In this document: positions 10,437 to 19,825 of the stretch, piece by piece | How positions within the stretch are numbered: the first letter of the stretch is position 1 | Layout of the letters: each line of letters begins with the position of its first letter | Origin: Anaerobium acetethylicum | GTDB lineage: Bacteria; Bacillota; Clostridia; Lachnospirales; Lachnospiraceae | NCBI RefSeq assembly: GCF_900096945.1 | Contig: NZ_FMKA01000001.1 | Coordinates: forward strand, 426,291 to 490,290 | DNA: 64,000 bases | Direction: 5' to 3' | Notes under the pieces: generated by a model | What the model was told of the DNA's origin: nothing | What the model saw: the letters and a program-made list of their open reading frames with translations, nothing else | Databases searched by the model: none | Translations under genes and position numbers: made by a program

Positions 10437-10584
10437 TGGAGACTTCAATAAGCTTAAGTAAGCTTTAATTCACTTTATTCATTATACAGTTCAATTCAAA
10501 TCCAGCTTCGACCAATTCAAAATTTTTCACCGGTTCCGAAGCAGTCGGATTTCCAAACGTTCCCAAAACCTTCACAAGGTACAT

Positions 10585-10911
10585 CTATTCAGCTGCATAC
10601 ATAGTTCCCTTATATGATTTTTCACGTTCAATATCGTCTTTGAGGCTTTTCAGCAACGCAATCTTCTTTTGAAGATCCCCTGCTTTGACCTCATGCTTCG
10701 AAATAGGGCAGGAACTATCTTCCTCACACAATCCGAACATATCAAAAGTCAGGTCGCCATATGATGCGCGCGATAAAAAGCCCCCAAGTATACTTTCCTT
10801 CTCTGCTATCATTTTCTCTTTTTCTACTTCCTGCTGATACTGGACTATCATATTATTAATATCCTCAATCAACTGGTCTGCTGCACTTGAATAGTAAAAA
10901 TCCTGATCCAT
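10585..10911 (-). CDS. hypothetical helical protein (108 aa)
   Basis: ORF 10585..10935; RBS AAAGGATGG supports start at MDQDFYY; no family recognised. Confidence 0.5.
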   Translation of the reverse strand: MDQDFYYSSAADQLIEDINNMIVQYQQEVEKEKMIAEKESILGGFLSRASYGDLTFDMFGLCEEDSSCPISKHEVKAGDLQKKIALLKSLKDDIEREKSYKGTMYAAE

Positions 10912-11214
10912 ATTCCACCATCCTTTCGTAAACATTTTTTTAACTCGGTCTTCTCAAAAAAACGATACTTTTGCTCTTTTCACAATTATTATATCTTAAA
11001 ACATCACGATATACAATCAATTTCAGCTTTGCCGCTTTTCATTTCAGTTATTTCACCATTTAAATCATTATTCGCTTTCTATTTTATTCCAACTGTAATA
11101 TAATTATAAAATAAGAGCGTTTCATCCCCAGCCGGCCAATCATTATTCCAGGTTATTTTTCGAGCACTTTTGTTCTTTTAATCTAGACGCACATCATCCG
11201 AGGAGGCGATTTCA

Positions 11215-11769
11215 ATGAAGGTTCAAGTAAAGAAAGATGCATTCAAGATCCCTAATCTGTTTGGATATTTCAGAATTATTTTAGCTGTCGTATTTGCGAT
11301 AATTTATCTCAATGCAGACTCTCCAACAGATTACTACCTTGCTGCCGGGATAATTGCCCTGTCCGGTTTTACAGATTTCATTGATGGGCAGATTGCCCGG
11401 AGATTCCATATGATAACGGATTTCGGAAAAATACTGGATCCGGTCGCAGACAAAATCACCCAGGGGACCATCGCCTTCTGCCTGACAACAAAATTTCCGT
11501 GGATGATAGCTCTGGTTATACTCTTTTTGATCAAGGAAAGCTATCTGGGAATTGCCGGATTGAAGATTCTCAAAAAGATTGACAGCAACGAAGGTGCTAA
11601 ATGGTATGGCAAGATCAGCACCGTTACGCTTTATGTCATCACCTTTGTACTGATTCTTTTTCCCGAGATGCCGGATCTGCCTGCCAATATTCTGATTTTC
11701 ATCTGCATGGCAGTTATGCTCAATGCTTTTATCCTGTACATCAGACTTTACCGCAGGCTTTTAACATAA
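11215..11769 (+). CDS. pgsA: CDP-diacylglycerol--glycerol-3-phosphate 3-phosphatidyltransferase
   Basis: CDP-alcohol phosphatidyltransferase motif DFIDGQIARRF...GKILDPVADK; GAGGAGG RBS. Confidence 0.85.
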   Translation: MKVQVKKDAFKIPNLFGYFRIILAVVFAIIYLNADSPTDYYLAAGIIALSGFTDFIDGQIARRFHMITDFGKILDPVADKITQGTIAFCLTTKFPWMIALVILFLIKESYLGIAGLKILKKIDSNEGAKWYGKISTVTLYVITFVLILFPEMPDLPANILIFICMAVMLNAFILYIRLYRRLLT

Positions 11770-11815
11770 AATCATGGAAGGCGCTCTGCAAGGACCAGAC
11801 TGTATCTGACACAGG

Positions 11816-11858
11816 CAAAGCCGGAGGTTGTGAACGGACAACCTCCGGCTTTGATTTT
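11816..11858. terminator. bidirectional terminator between pgsA (+) and L,D-transpeptidase gene (-)
   Basis: aaagccggaggttgt-gaacgg-acaacctccggcttt + T/A runs both sides. Confidence 0.65.
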
Positions 11859-11874
11859 AATGATAGTTTTTTAT

Positions 11875-13239
11875 TCAGTAGACCACAACAGCCATGCGCT
11901 TATAAACCATTTCATATATTTTAGCAGCATTCTCAGGCGGAAGATTGATACAGCCATGAGAGCCGTTTGTCTTGTAGATCTCCCCCCCGAAGGCTGTCCT
12001 CCACGGAGCATCATGCATGCCTATGTTTGAATTGAATGGCATCCAGTAACTGACTCCGGATGAATAGTCCTCTCCTGTAAGCGTCGCATCCCGCTCCTTA
12101 TAGCTGATAGGAAATACACCGGTCGGAGTTCCCCTTCCAAGCGTTGTATTGCCAGTAACACAGGGAGTTTCTATTTTCAATTCTCCATTTATATATACAA
12201 ACACGGTCTGTGTAGCAAGGCATATCTCAACATAGGAATTTCCAATATCGTTCGTATCCCTTACCAGCACGCTGTATGAGTATACCGGTTCAATTGTCTT
12301 GTCTTCCCCTTGTTTAACAGCCTCTATGAGGGCATTTGCGCTTTTCGTAACCTGCATGAGCCAGCCGTATGTGCCGCCCTTGATTTTTATGGTTTCGCCA
12401 TAGCTTGTCCTGAATTCCCTCGTATCCCCATAGGTATCATACTTGCGGGAGATTAATCTCTCGTATTCCTTGACCTTGTCCAGATCGAATTGTATCTGGC
12501 CGGCCTCAATGGTGATCCAGTCCTTAATCAGCTCTTTATCTACAATCTCGGTCCTGTCACCAAAATCATACGTAATCACTGTAGACAGATATTTGTTGGC
12601 CTCATTTTTTAAATCCGTCATTTCCCTGCTGTCAGATGCTATGGCCGGTTTTGCAACATAATCGTCTACAGGCAGTCCTGTCTCTCTTACAGTGACGCCA
12701 GCCTCGATCATGCCATACAGTTCGTCCTTATCGATTTGAAATGCATATCTGTCCTCTACGATGACAAATTCTTCTGTCTCCTCAGAATACTCCACCCGGG
12801 CATCTATTGCATTTCCATACTGTATGTCTGAACTGTCAAGAATATCGTATAGTTTCTCTTTATTATATTCGTTTTTGACCTGTATATCATAATGCGTTTC
12901 TCTGCCGGCGTACAGGAACCAGCGCCATTTCACAAAATTATTTTTCACTTCCGTCAATTCATCAATTCCGTCATACACGCTGTCGATCTCATCTGCATTT
13001 ATGGCAAACAGCGTTTCACCATATGCGGATACTTCCATGCCATCCCATACATTTGCCTTTGCCAGAACCTCGTTCGCCTGTGCAACATTCATGCCGCCCA
13101 TATTGATATCGTTTACATATGTATTTGCCGGAAAATTATCTTTCATTTTATAAACGCCATATGCATAAACGGCCGCTATCGATAATACAGCCATTGTAAC
13201 CAGGATTACTATCACTGTCGATTTCTTTAATTTCCTCAT
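11875..13239 (-). CDS. L,D-transpeptidase (YkuD catalytic domain, HGCINL) with N-terminal membrane anchor
   Basis: 454 aa; C-terminal SHGCINLPPENAAKIY active-site motif; signal/TM at N-terminus. Confidence 0.8.
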   Translation of the reverse strand: MRKLKKSTVIVILVTMAVLSIAAVYAYGVYKMKDNFPANTYVNDINMGGMNVAQANEVLAKANVWDGMEVSAYGETLFAINADEIDSVYDGIDELTEVKNNFVKWRWFLYAGRETHYDIQVKNEYNKEKLYDILDSSDIQYGNAIDARVEYSEETEEFVIVEDRYAFQIDKDELYGMIEAGVTVRETGLPVDDYVAKPAIASDSREMTDLKNEANKYLSTVITYDFGDRTEIVDKELIKDWITIEAGQIQFDLDKVKEYERLISRKYDTYGDTREFRTSYGETIKIKGGTYGWLMQVTKSANALIEAVKQGEDKTIEPVYSYSVLVRDTNDIGNSYVEICLATQTVFVYINGELKIETPCVTGNTTLGRGTPTGVFPISYKERDATLTGEDYSSGVSYWMPFNSNIGMHDAPWRTAFGGEIYKTNGSHGCINLPPENAAKIYEMVYKRMAVVVY

Positions 13240-13500
13240 CTGTTCCTCCCCCTTCTTGTTTAATCCCCCGCTTGTTGCCGGCGCAGCCCCTCCCTGCAGC
13301 CGGAAGTTAATTGTTTCGTTTTATCATTTTTTGCAGACATGCCATTCATAGTTCCATGAAACGTAGGGATACCCTGAGTATGCACTCAGGGTATCTCGAC
13401 ATGTGTTTATAAAAAACATATTAATGCCACAACGAATGATCACTCTCTGTAAATCCGGTCCACAACAGTCCTGTTGATAGTCAGTGTTATTTAATTATTC

Positions 13501-13642
13501 GTAACTATTCAGGACTACGTCCGTCATAGTCACAAATGATGTACACAAATTGCAAAATCAGCAATTTGGGGCACGCATGTCTCGGGTTTTATGCAAATTC
13601 AGCATAAAAACACCTCGCGAGACAGGGGTTCTGAACAGTTAC
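13501..13642 (+). mobile_element. family A MITE-like element, copy A1 (142 bp, ~15-bp imperfect TIRs) with perfect 8-bp TSD aattattc
   Basis: gtaactattcaggac...gttctgaacagttac; flanks 13493-13500 and 13643-13650 both aattattc; >85% identical to copies at 55370, 61598, 42516. Confidence 0.8.
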
Positions 13643-13710
13643 AATTATTCTAATAAATATTATACCGTAGGATTTTTAATTCGTAAAGCCCATTGTCCAA
13701 TACAGTCCGT

Positions 13711-14376
13711 TTACTCTTCAACCTGATCGGAATAACCCCTGCTTTCCCAGTAGCCCTCATATTCCTCATTGTCCGACAGTTCGATTTCATTTACCCATCT
13801 CGCCCACTTATAACCAGGCTTGTCTTCGGCAACTACAATAAACGGATACCCAAGGGCAGGGGGCAAATCCAATTTATTTGCCGAATAGGCCAGAATCATA
13901 TTTTTATCAATTATATTCTGCAATGGCTGTGATGTAGTATAACCGTCTACGGAATGGAATATTACAGTATTGGCCTTACCATCAGCTCCGGCAAGATCAA
14001 TGATATCTTTCAGCAGAACTCCCTTCCAGAGCACAGTTGCCTCCCAGCCTTCCACACAATAAAGCGTTATCAGCTTTTCGTAGGATGGAAGCGCCAGCAC
14101 GTCTTCATACCTCAGCGAATCCGGCTTTTCTACAAGGCCCGAAACCTTCAGGACATAGCTGTTGATATCTACTTCCTGTATGCCCTGAATGGAATTGTCA
14201 CGTGGACCGATTGAAGGATCCAGCCTTATTCCATTGTATTCCCTGATTTCAAGCTCCTGATATCTTTCTTCTGTGGCACTGGAAATTCCGTCTGTATCCG
14301 TTGTACCGGTGCTTCTGCATGCGTTCAGAAAAAATATGCACACGAATGACAAAATGCAGCAAAATACTTTTCTCAT
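13711..14376 (-). CDS. molybdopterin-binding oxidoreductase-like domain lipoprotein (Oxidored_molyb-like)
   Basis: lipobox LNAC; ...YCVEGWEATVLWKGV...IFHSVDGY... resembles sulfite-oxidase-family Moco domain. Confidence 0.55.
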   Translation of the reverse strand: MRKVFCCILSFVCIFFLNACRSTGTTDTDGISSATEERYQELEIREYNGIRLDPSIGPRDNSIQGIQEVDINSYVLKVSGLVEKPDSLRYEDVLALPSYEKLITLYCVEGWEATVLWKGVLLKDIIDLAGADGKANTVIFHSVDGYTTSQPLQNIIDKNMILAYSANKLDLPPALGYPFIVVAEDKPGYKWARWVNEIELSDNEEYEGYWESRGYSDQVEE

Positions 14377-14482
14377 GTCTTTTACCTCCTTTACGGCAAA
14401 TCAGGAGTTCTTTTCAATATATACTTGTCTTTATTATAACTATATTTTCTTTATAACACAAACAAAACCGGTACTATCTGCG

Positions 14483-14668
14483 TTAATTTCCGACTATTCC
14501 GCACACAGCTTCCCCCATAAGGCTGTTGCAATCTGATAGAACGGACTTTCCCTTCAAAAAAATAGCCACAGCATGTTTGAAAATGCGGTACCCTTTCATC
14601 GTCCTTTCGCTTATCTTTCTCAGCTTGCAGTAGAGCAAGAACTCCTTAAGTACATCTTCGTTGAACAT
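14483..14668 (-). pseudogene. N-terminal remnant (~50 aa) of a tyrosine recombinase/integrase
   Basis: LKEFLLYCKLRKISERTMKGYRIFKHAVAIF matches integrase N-terminal SAM-like domain pattern; no catalytic domain follows. Confidence 0.4.
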
Positions 14669-14833
14669 AAAAAAACCTCCTTAACATTGTGGATAAATGT
14701 TAAGGAAGTTGAATTATGTATGACCTTAATTGTTTTGATACATTTTTTACGTTTACCGTATCTGGTCAATTTCACCAAATTTTTCAATCGAATATATGTT
14801 TTGCAAAGTGCTTCAAGCTACTGATTTTACAAG

Positions 14834-15583
14834 CTATTCTGAATCGTCAGACGGTTCATCCCAGTTGTGGTAAACCTCCTGCACGTCGTCGTCCTCATCA
14901 AGAAGATCAAGGGTCTTCTGCATGGACTTGATGTCCTTTTCGTCTGTGAGTTCGCCCCATGTCTGAGGAATCATTGTGACTTCCGCGCTTATCATCGTAA
15001 CGCCTGCTTCTTCAAGAGCCTGCCTTACGTCACTGAAGCTGTCAGGATCGGTTATTACTTCATAGCTGTCCTCTTCGTCTGCGAAATCTTCAGCGCCTGC
15101 GTCTAATGCAAGCATCATCAGTTCGTCGGCGTCCATGTCGCATTCTTCTTTGTCGATGATAATCTGGCCCTTTTTATCGAACATAAACGATACGCATCCA
15201 GGTGTACCGACGTTTCCGTTTCCTTTTGTGAATGCGTTACGGACGTTTGATGCAGTACGGTTCTTGTTATCGGTAAGCGCATCTACGATGATTGCGATTC
15301 CATTAGGACCGTACCCTTCGTATGAAACGAATTCATAGTTCACGGCATTTGCATCGCCGGCAGCCTTTTTGATGCTCCTGTCGATTGTATCGTTAGGCAT
15401 GTTGTTTGATTTTGCCTTGGCGATTACATCTCGTAATCTGCTGTTGTTGTTCGGATCCGCACCGCCTTCTTTTACGGCAACGGCGATTTCTCTTCCTATT
15501 CTTGTAAAGATTTTCCCTCTGGCGGAATCGTTCTTTTCTTTCCTATGTTTTATGTTGGCGAACTTTGAATGTCCTGACATAAT
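14834..15583 (-). CDS. yebC: YebC/PmpR family DNA-binding transcriptional regulator
   Basis: start [14 protein letters not shown] with AAGGAG RBS; canonical YebC family sequence. Confidence 0.9.
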   Translation of the reverse strand: MMSGHSKFANIKHRKEKNDSARGKIFTRIGREIAVAVKEGGADPNNNSRLRDVIAKAKSNNMPNDTIDRSIKKAAGDANAVNYEFVSYEGYGPNGIAIIVDALTDNKNRTASNVRNAFTKGNGNVGTPGCVSFMFDKKGQIIIDKEECDMDADELMMLALDAGAEDFADEEDSYEVITDPDSFSDVRQALEEAGVTMISAEVTMIPQTWGELTDEKDIKSMQKTLDLLDEDDDVQEVYHNWDEPSDDSE

Positions 15584-15865
15584 AACACTCCTTTTCTTCT
15601 CATAATATTTCTTTCTATGTAAACATCCCAGTTTGAATGTTTCATTACCGTCATATATTCTATCATTGTTTTCCAGCCATGACAAGGATAACTTGGCGGA
15701 AAATCACGTTCTGCATGCCCCTTGAATCCTGCATTTTCGGCATCCATTTTCAAATATAGGTTGTTTTTTGGTATTTATAAGTTATAATAATATGTGACTA
15801 TCCAGGTCTTTATCCTGGATGGTCACATATTATTATACTAGATTTTTTTATTGGAGGTAAAGTGC

Positions 15866-17788
15866 ATGATACTTGCATGTCAAAATATAAACAAATCCTT
15901 TGGCGATAAGGAAGTCCTTGTCAACGGATCGTTCCACATAGAAGAAAGGGAAAAAGCGGCGATTGTAGGAATCAACGGTGCCGGAAAATCTACGCTTCTG
16001 AAAATTATTATCGGTGAAATGAAGGCTGACTCAGGTGAGGTCATTATCACAAAAGGCAAGACCATAGGCTATCTTGCCCAGCACCAGGAACTGCCCGGCG
16101 GAACTTCCATCTATGACGCTCTGCTGGAAGTCAAAAGAGATGTGATTGACCTGGAGGAAAAGATCCGTTCCATCGAGGTTGAAATGAAATCACTGGAAGG
16201 TGCGGAACTCACTGCAAAACTCGAGTCCTATACCCGCCTGACCCATGATTTTGAACTAAAGAACGGTTACTCCTATAAGAGTGAAATCACGGGCGTTCTA
16301 AAAGGACTCGGATTTTCCGAAGAGGAATTCACAAAGGATGTAGACACACTCTCCGGCGGGCAGAAAACGAGGGTTTCCCTTGGAAAGCTTCTGCTGTCAA
16401 AGCCTGACATCATACTCCTCGATGAGCCAACCAACCACCTGGACATGGAATCGATCGCCTGGCTCGAATCATTCCTTCTGAATTATCCCGGGGCGGTAAT
16501 CATCGTGGCGCATGACCGGTATTTCCTGGATAAGGTTGTGTCAAAGGTCGTAGAAATCGACAACGCCAGACTGAAGACCTTCCTCGGAAACTACAGCGCC
16601 TACGCGGTAAAAAAGGAAATGCTCAGGGATGCTCAGATTAAACAGTTCCTGAACCAGCAGAAGGAAATCAGGCATCAGGAGGAAGTAATCACCAAGCTTC
16701 GATCCTTCAACCGGGAAAAATCCATAAAACGCGCAGAAAGCCGTGAAAAGCTCCTCAATAAAATGGAGATCGTCGAGAAACCGACTGAACTCAATACTGA
16801 TATACATATTAAGCTGGAGCCGAGATTTATCAGTGGAAACGATGTCCTTACGGTATCGGAACTGGCAAAATCGTTTCCGCCAGTCAGACTGTTCGACAAT
16901 CTGAATTTTGAAATTAAGCGTGGCGAGCGGGTCGCTATCATCGGCAATAACGGAACAGGCAAGACCACGATCCTGAAAATCATAAACGGAATCATAGAAC
17001 CGGACGGCGGCGAAGTCAAGCTGGGCTCCAAGGTCAAAATAGGCTATTATGACCAGGAACACAATGTGCTCAACATGGAAAAGACCCTTTTCGAGGAGCT
17101 TTCCGATGCCTATCCGAATCTGACCAACACCCAGATCCGGAATATACTGGCCGCCTTTCTTTTTACCAACGACGACGTGTTCAAACGCATCTCCGATCTG
17201 AGCGGCGGGGAACGAGGAAGGGTTTCCCTCGCAAAGCTTATGCTCTCCGAATCCAACTTCCTGATACTGGATGAACCTACCAACCATCTGGACATCACTT
17301 CCAAAGAAATTCTTGAAAATGCGATCAACAAGTATACCGGAACTGTGCTTTATGTATCCCATGACCGTTATTTCATTAACAAGACTGCAACAAGGATTCT
17401 GGATTTGAAAGCGCACACTCTTGTTAATTACATCGGAAATTATGACTACTACATGGAAAAACGCGACGAGTTCACAAAAATATATACAGACGGCTTATCC
17501 AGCTCTGATGCTGTTGATGAGGATACAGACTTGTCTACTACAAAACTTGACTGGAAACAGCAGAAGGAAGAACAGGCCAGGGCAAGAAAAAGAGAAAATG
17601 ACCTGAAGAAGACCGAAGAACAGATTACAGCCGCTGAAAAAAGGGCCGCCGAGATAGATGCCCTTCTCTCTGATCCCGCTGTATATTCGGATGCTTCGAA
17701 ACTGATCAAGCTCAACAATGAAAAAACCGAACTGGATGCCGAAATGGAACGGCTCTTTGGACTTTGGGAAGAGCTTGCTGAAGAATAA
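15866..17788 (+). CDS. ABC-F family ATPase (two ABC cassettes, inter-domain linker, C-terminal coiled-coil extension)
   Basis: two Walker A (GINGAGKST, GNNGTGKTT), two LSGG signatures; GGAGGT RBS. Confidence 0.9.
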   Translation: MILACQNINKSFGDKEVLVNGSFHIEEREKAAIVGINGAGKSTLLKIIIGEMKADSGEVIITKGKTIGYLAQHQELPGGTSIYDALLEVKRDVIDLEEKIRSIEVEMKSLEGAELTAKLESYTRLTHDFELKNGYSYKSEITGVLKGLGFSEEEFTKDVDTLSGGQKTRVSLGKLLLSKPDIILLDEPTNHLDMESIAWLESFLLNYPGAVIIVAHDRYFLDKVVSKVVEIDNARLKTFLGNYSAYAVKKEMLRDAQIKQFLNQQKEIRHQEEVITKLRSFNREKSIKRAESREKLLNKMEIVEKPTELNTDIHIKLEPRFISGNDVLTVSELAKSFPPVRLFDNLNFEIKRGERVAIIGNNGTGKTTILKIINGIIEPDGGEVKLGSKVKIGYYDQEHNVLNMEKTLFEELSDAYPNLTNTQIRNILAAFLFTNDDVFKRISDLSGGERGRVSLAKLMLSESNFLILDEPTNHLDITSKEILENAINKYTGTVLYVSHDRYFINKTATRILDLKAHTLVNYIGNYDYYMEKRDEFTKIYTDGLSSSDAVDEDTDLSTTKLDWKQQKEEQARARKRENDLKKTEEQITAAEKRAAEIDALLSDPAVYSDASKLIKLNNEKTELDAEMERLFGLWEELAEE

Positions 17789-17831
17789 TAATCAACACAC
17801 AGGGCTCATTTTCCTGTTATTCAAAAACAAA

Positions 17832-17868
17832 AACGCGGAAGCTTTTGGAGCTCCGCGTTTTTTGTTTA
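17832..17868 (+). terminator. rho-independent terminator of ABC-F gene
   Basis: aaaacgcggaagcttttggagctccgcgtttttt. Confidence 0.6.
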
Positions 17869-17912
17869 TCCGATTATGTAGAATCTTTATTGAGCCTGCT
17901 GTTTCAGTCCTG

Positions 17913-18617
17913 TCAGTTGCCGCTCTCGCTGCCCTGTCCAAGAATATCGTCAATAGCATAATTGCTCAGATTCTTTATTGTATTCATCATATGCTGATTT
18001 GCAAGGGCTTCTGCTTTATCTGCGTCCTTGAGCTTCAACGCCTCGACTATCTGCTTATGTTCCTCGTTAGATTTAAGTGCCCTGCTTTTAGTTGCCATGG
18101 TAATTTTTCTTACCCTTTGGACATAATGATGGAAATCCGACAATACGTGCTCTAAAATCTGACTTCCCGAAATATTGTACATCAGCTCATGAAACTTATT
18201 GTCAAGCTCCAGGACCTGGTCGAAATGTTCCTTTTCTGCATGGAATTCAGACAGATAGATGATTTCTTCAAGTTCGTCAAGCTGTTCATCTGTCACGAGA
18301 CTGGCTGCCCATCTGGCACACAGTCCTTCAAGCAGGGAACGAATCTGATAAATATCCTTTACATCCTTTGACGTAATTCCCATAACATAAGCACCCTTGT
18401 TTGGAATGATATTGACCAGACCCTCCAGTTCAAGCTGCCTCAGGGCCTCCCTGACAGGAGTTCTGCTGACGCCCAGTTCCGACGCAATAGCAGTTTCCTT
18501 CAGTTCCTCGCCTCTTTTAAACTTTCCCGACAGAATATCTTCACGGATCCTGTTAAAAACGCGACCCCGGAGCGAATACTTGTCCGTTACTTCCTTTTGA
18601 ACATCATAGTTGCCCAA
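17913..18617 (-). CDS. GntR family (FadR/FCD subfamily) transcriptional regulator; TTG start
   Basis: N-terminal wHTH ...ELGVSRTPVREALRQLELEGLV..., FCD C-domain; GGAGGT-7nt-TTG. Confidence 0.8.
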   Translation of the reverse strand: MGNYDVQKEVTDKYSLRGRVFNRIREDILSGKFKRGEELKETAIASELGVSRTPVREALRQLELEGLVNIIPNKGAYVMGITSKDVKDIYQIRSLLEGLCARWAASLVTDEQLDELEEIIYLSEFHAEKEHFDQVLELDNKFHELMYNISGSQILEHVLSDFHHYVQRVRKITMATKSRALKSNEEHKQIVEALKLKDADKAEALANQHMMNTIKNLSNYAIDDILGQGSESGN

Positions 18618-18633
18618 ACAAAAGACCTCCTGC

Positions 18634-19800
18634 CTAGTCTAACTTTTCAACAGTTTCCATGATGTAATCAGCGAACTCAGCGCTTGTACAGCCTGTATCC
18701 CTGCCCGTGATTTCCATTTTCTTTTCGGTAATTGTACAGATATCAAGTGCCTTGTAAAGCTTATCAGCTTCTGTATTGTATCCGATGTGTGCAAGAAGCA
18801 TTGCTGCCGCACGGATAACGCTGCACGGATCAGCATATTTATCTCTTCCTTCGGTTACCATACGTGGTGCTGAACCATGAATTGCTTCGAACATGGAATA
18901 TCTCTTGCCGATATTAGCGCTTCCTGCTGTACCTACGCCGCCCTGGAACTCAGCAGCCTCATCTGTCAGGATATCGCCGTAAAGGTTAGGAAGAACGAGA
19001 ACCTGGAAGTCTCTTCTTCTCTTCTCATCAACCAGCTTGGCTGTCATGATATCGATATACCAGTCATCCGCTGTGATATCCGGATAATCCTTGGAGATTT
19101 CCCTGAAAATATCCAGGAATTTTCCGTCTGTAGTCTTAATGATATTTGCTTTTGTTACTGCAGTTACCCTTGTCTTGCCATTTGCTTTTGCGAATTCAAA
19201 AGCCGCTCTGATGATTCTTTCGCATCCCTGGCTGGTTACTACGGTGAAGTCAACGCCTAAATCTTCAGTCACATGGATTCCCTGGCTTCCAACAGCGTAG
19301 CTTCCTTCTGTATTTTCCCTGTAGAATGTCCAGTCAATTCCCTGTTCCGGTATTCTTACAGGCCTTACGTTTGCAAAAAGATCCAGTTCTTTTCTCATTG
19401 CAACGTTTGCGCTTTCTACGTTAGGCCATTCGTCACCTTTTCTAGGAGTCGTTGTAGGTCCTTTTAAAATAACATGGCATTCTTTTAATTCTTCCAGTAC
19501 TGCAGGAGGAATTGCCGCCATTTCAGCCGCTCTTCTCTCAATTGTAAGGCCATCGATCGTCTTGAATTCAACTTTTCCTGCCTTAACATCTTCCTTCAAG
19601 AGATATTCCAGGACACGCTGAGCCTGAGCTGTGATAGCAGGTCCGATTCCGTCCCCTCCGCAGACACCGACGATGATTTTGTCCAATTCCTTATAGTTCA
19701 GGAAATCACCCTGGGCTTTCATCGTATCTACTCTCTTTAACTGTCCTTCTAAAAGCTTTCCGAATTTCTCTTTTGCTGCTTCAATCTGTGATTCGTACAT
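18634..19800 (-). CDS. isocitrate/isopropylmalate dehydrogenase family enzyme (probable NAD(P)-isocitrate dehydrogenase)
   Basis: NLYGDILTDEAA..GGVGTAGSANIG signature; AGGAGG RBS. Confidence 0.8.
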   Translation of the reverse strand: MYESQIEAAKEKFGKLLEGQLKRVDTMKAQGDFLNYKELDKIIVGVCGGDGIGPAITAQAQRVLEYLLKEDVKAGKVEFKTIDGLTIERRAAEMAAIPPAVLEELKECHVILKGPTTTPRKGDEWPNVESANVAMRKELDLFANVRPVRIPEQGIDWTFYRENTEGSYAVGSQGIHVTEDLGVDFTVVTSQGCERIIRAAFEFAKANGKTRVTAVTKANIIKTTDGKFLDIFREISKDYPDITADDWYIDIMTAKLVDEKRRRDFQVLVLPNLYGDILTDEAAEFQGGVGTAGSANIGKRYSMFEAIHGSAPRMVTEGRDKYADPCSVIRAAAMLLAHIGYNTEADKLYKALDICTITEKKMEITGRDTGCTSAEFADYIMETVEKLD

Positions 19801-19825
19801 TCTTTTTTCCTCCTATTGTTATCGA

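Noticed and set aside
13365-13397. Hairpin gataccctgagt-atgc-actcagggtatc considered as the terminator of the Moco-oxidoreductase-like gene
   Set aside because: There is no U-tract on the minus strand. It lies within a weak B-like fragment and is more likely part of repeat-derived sequence.
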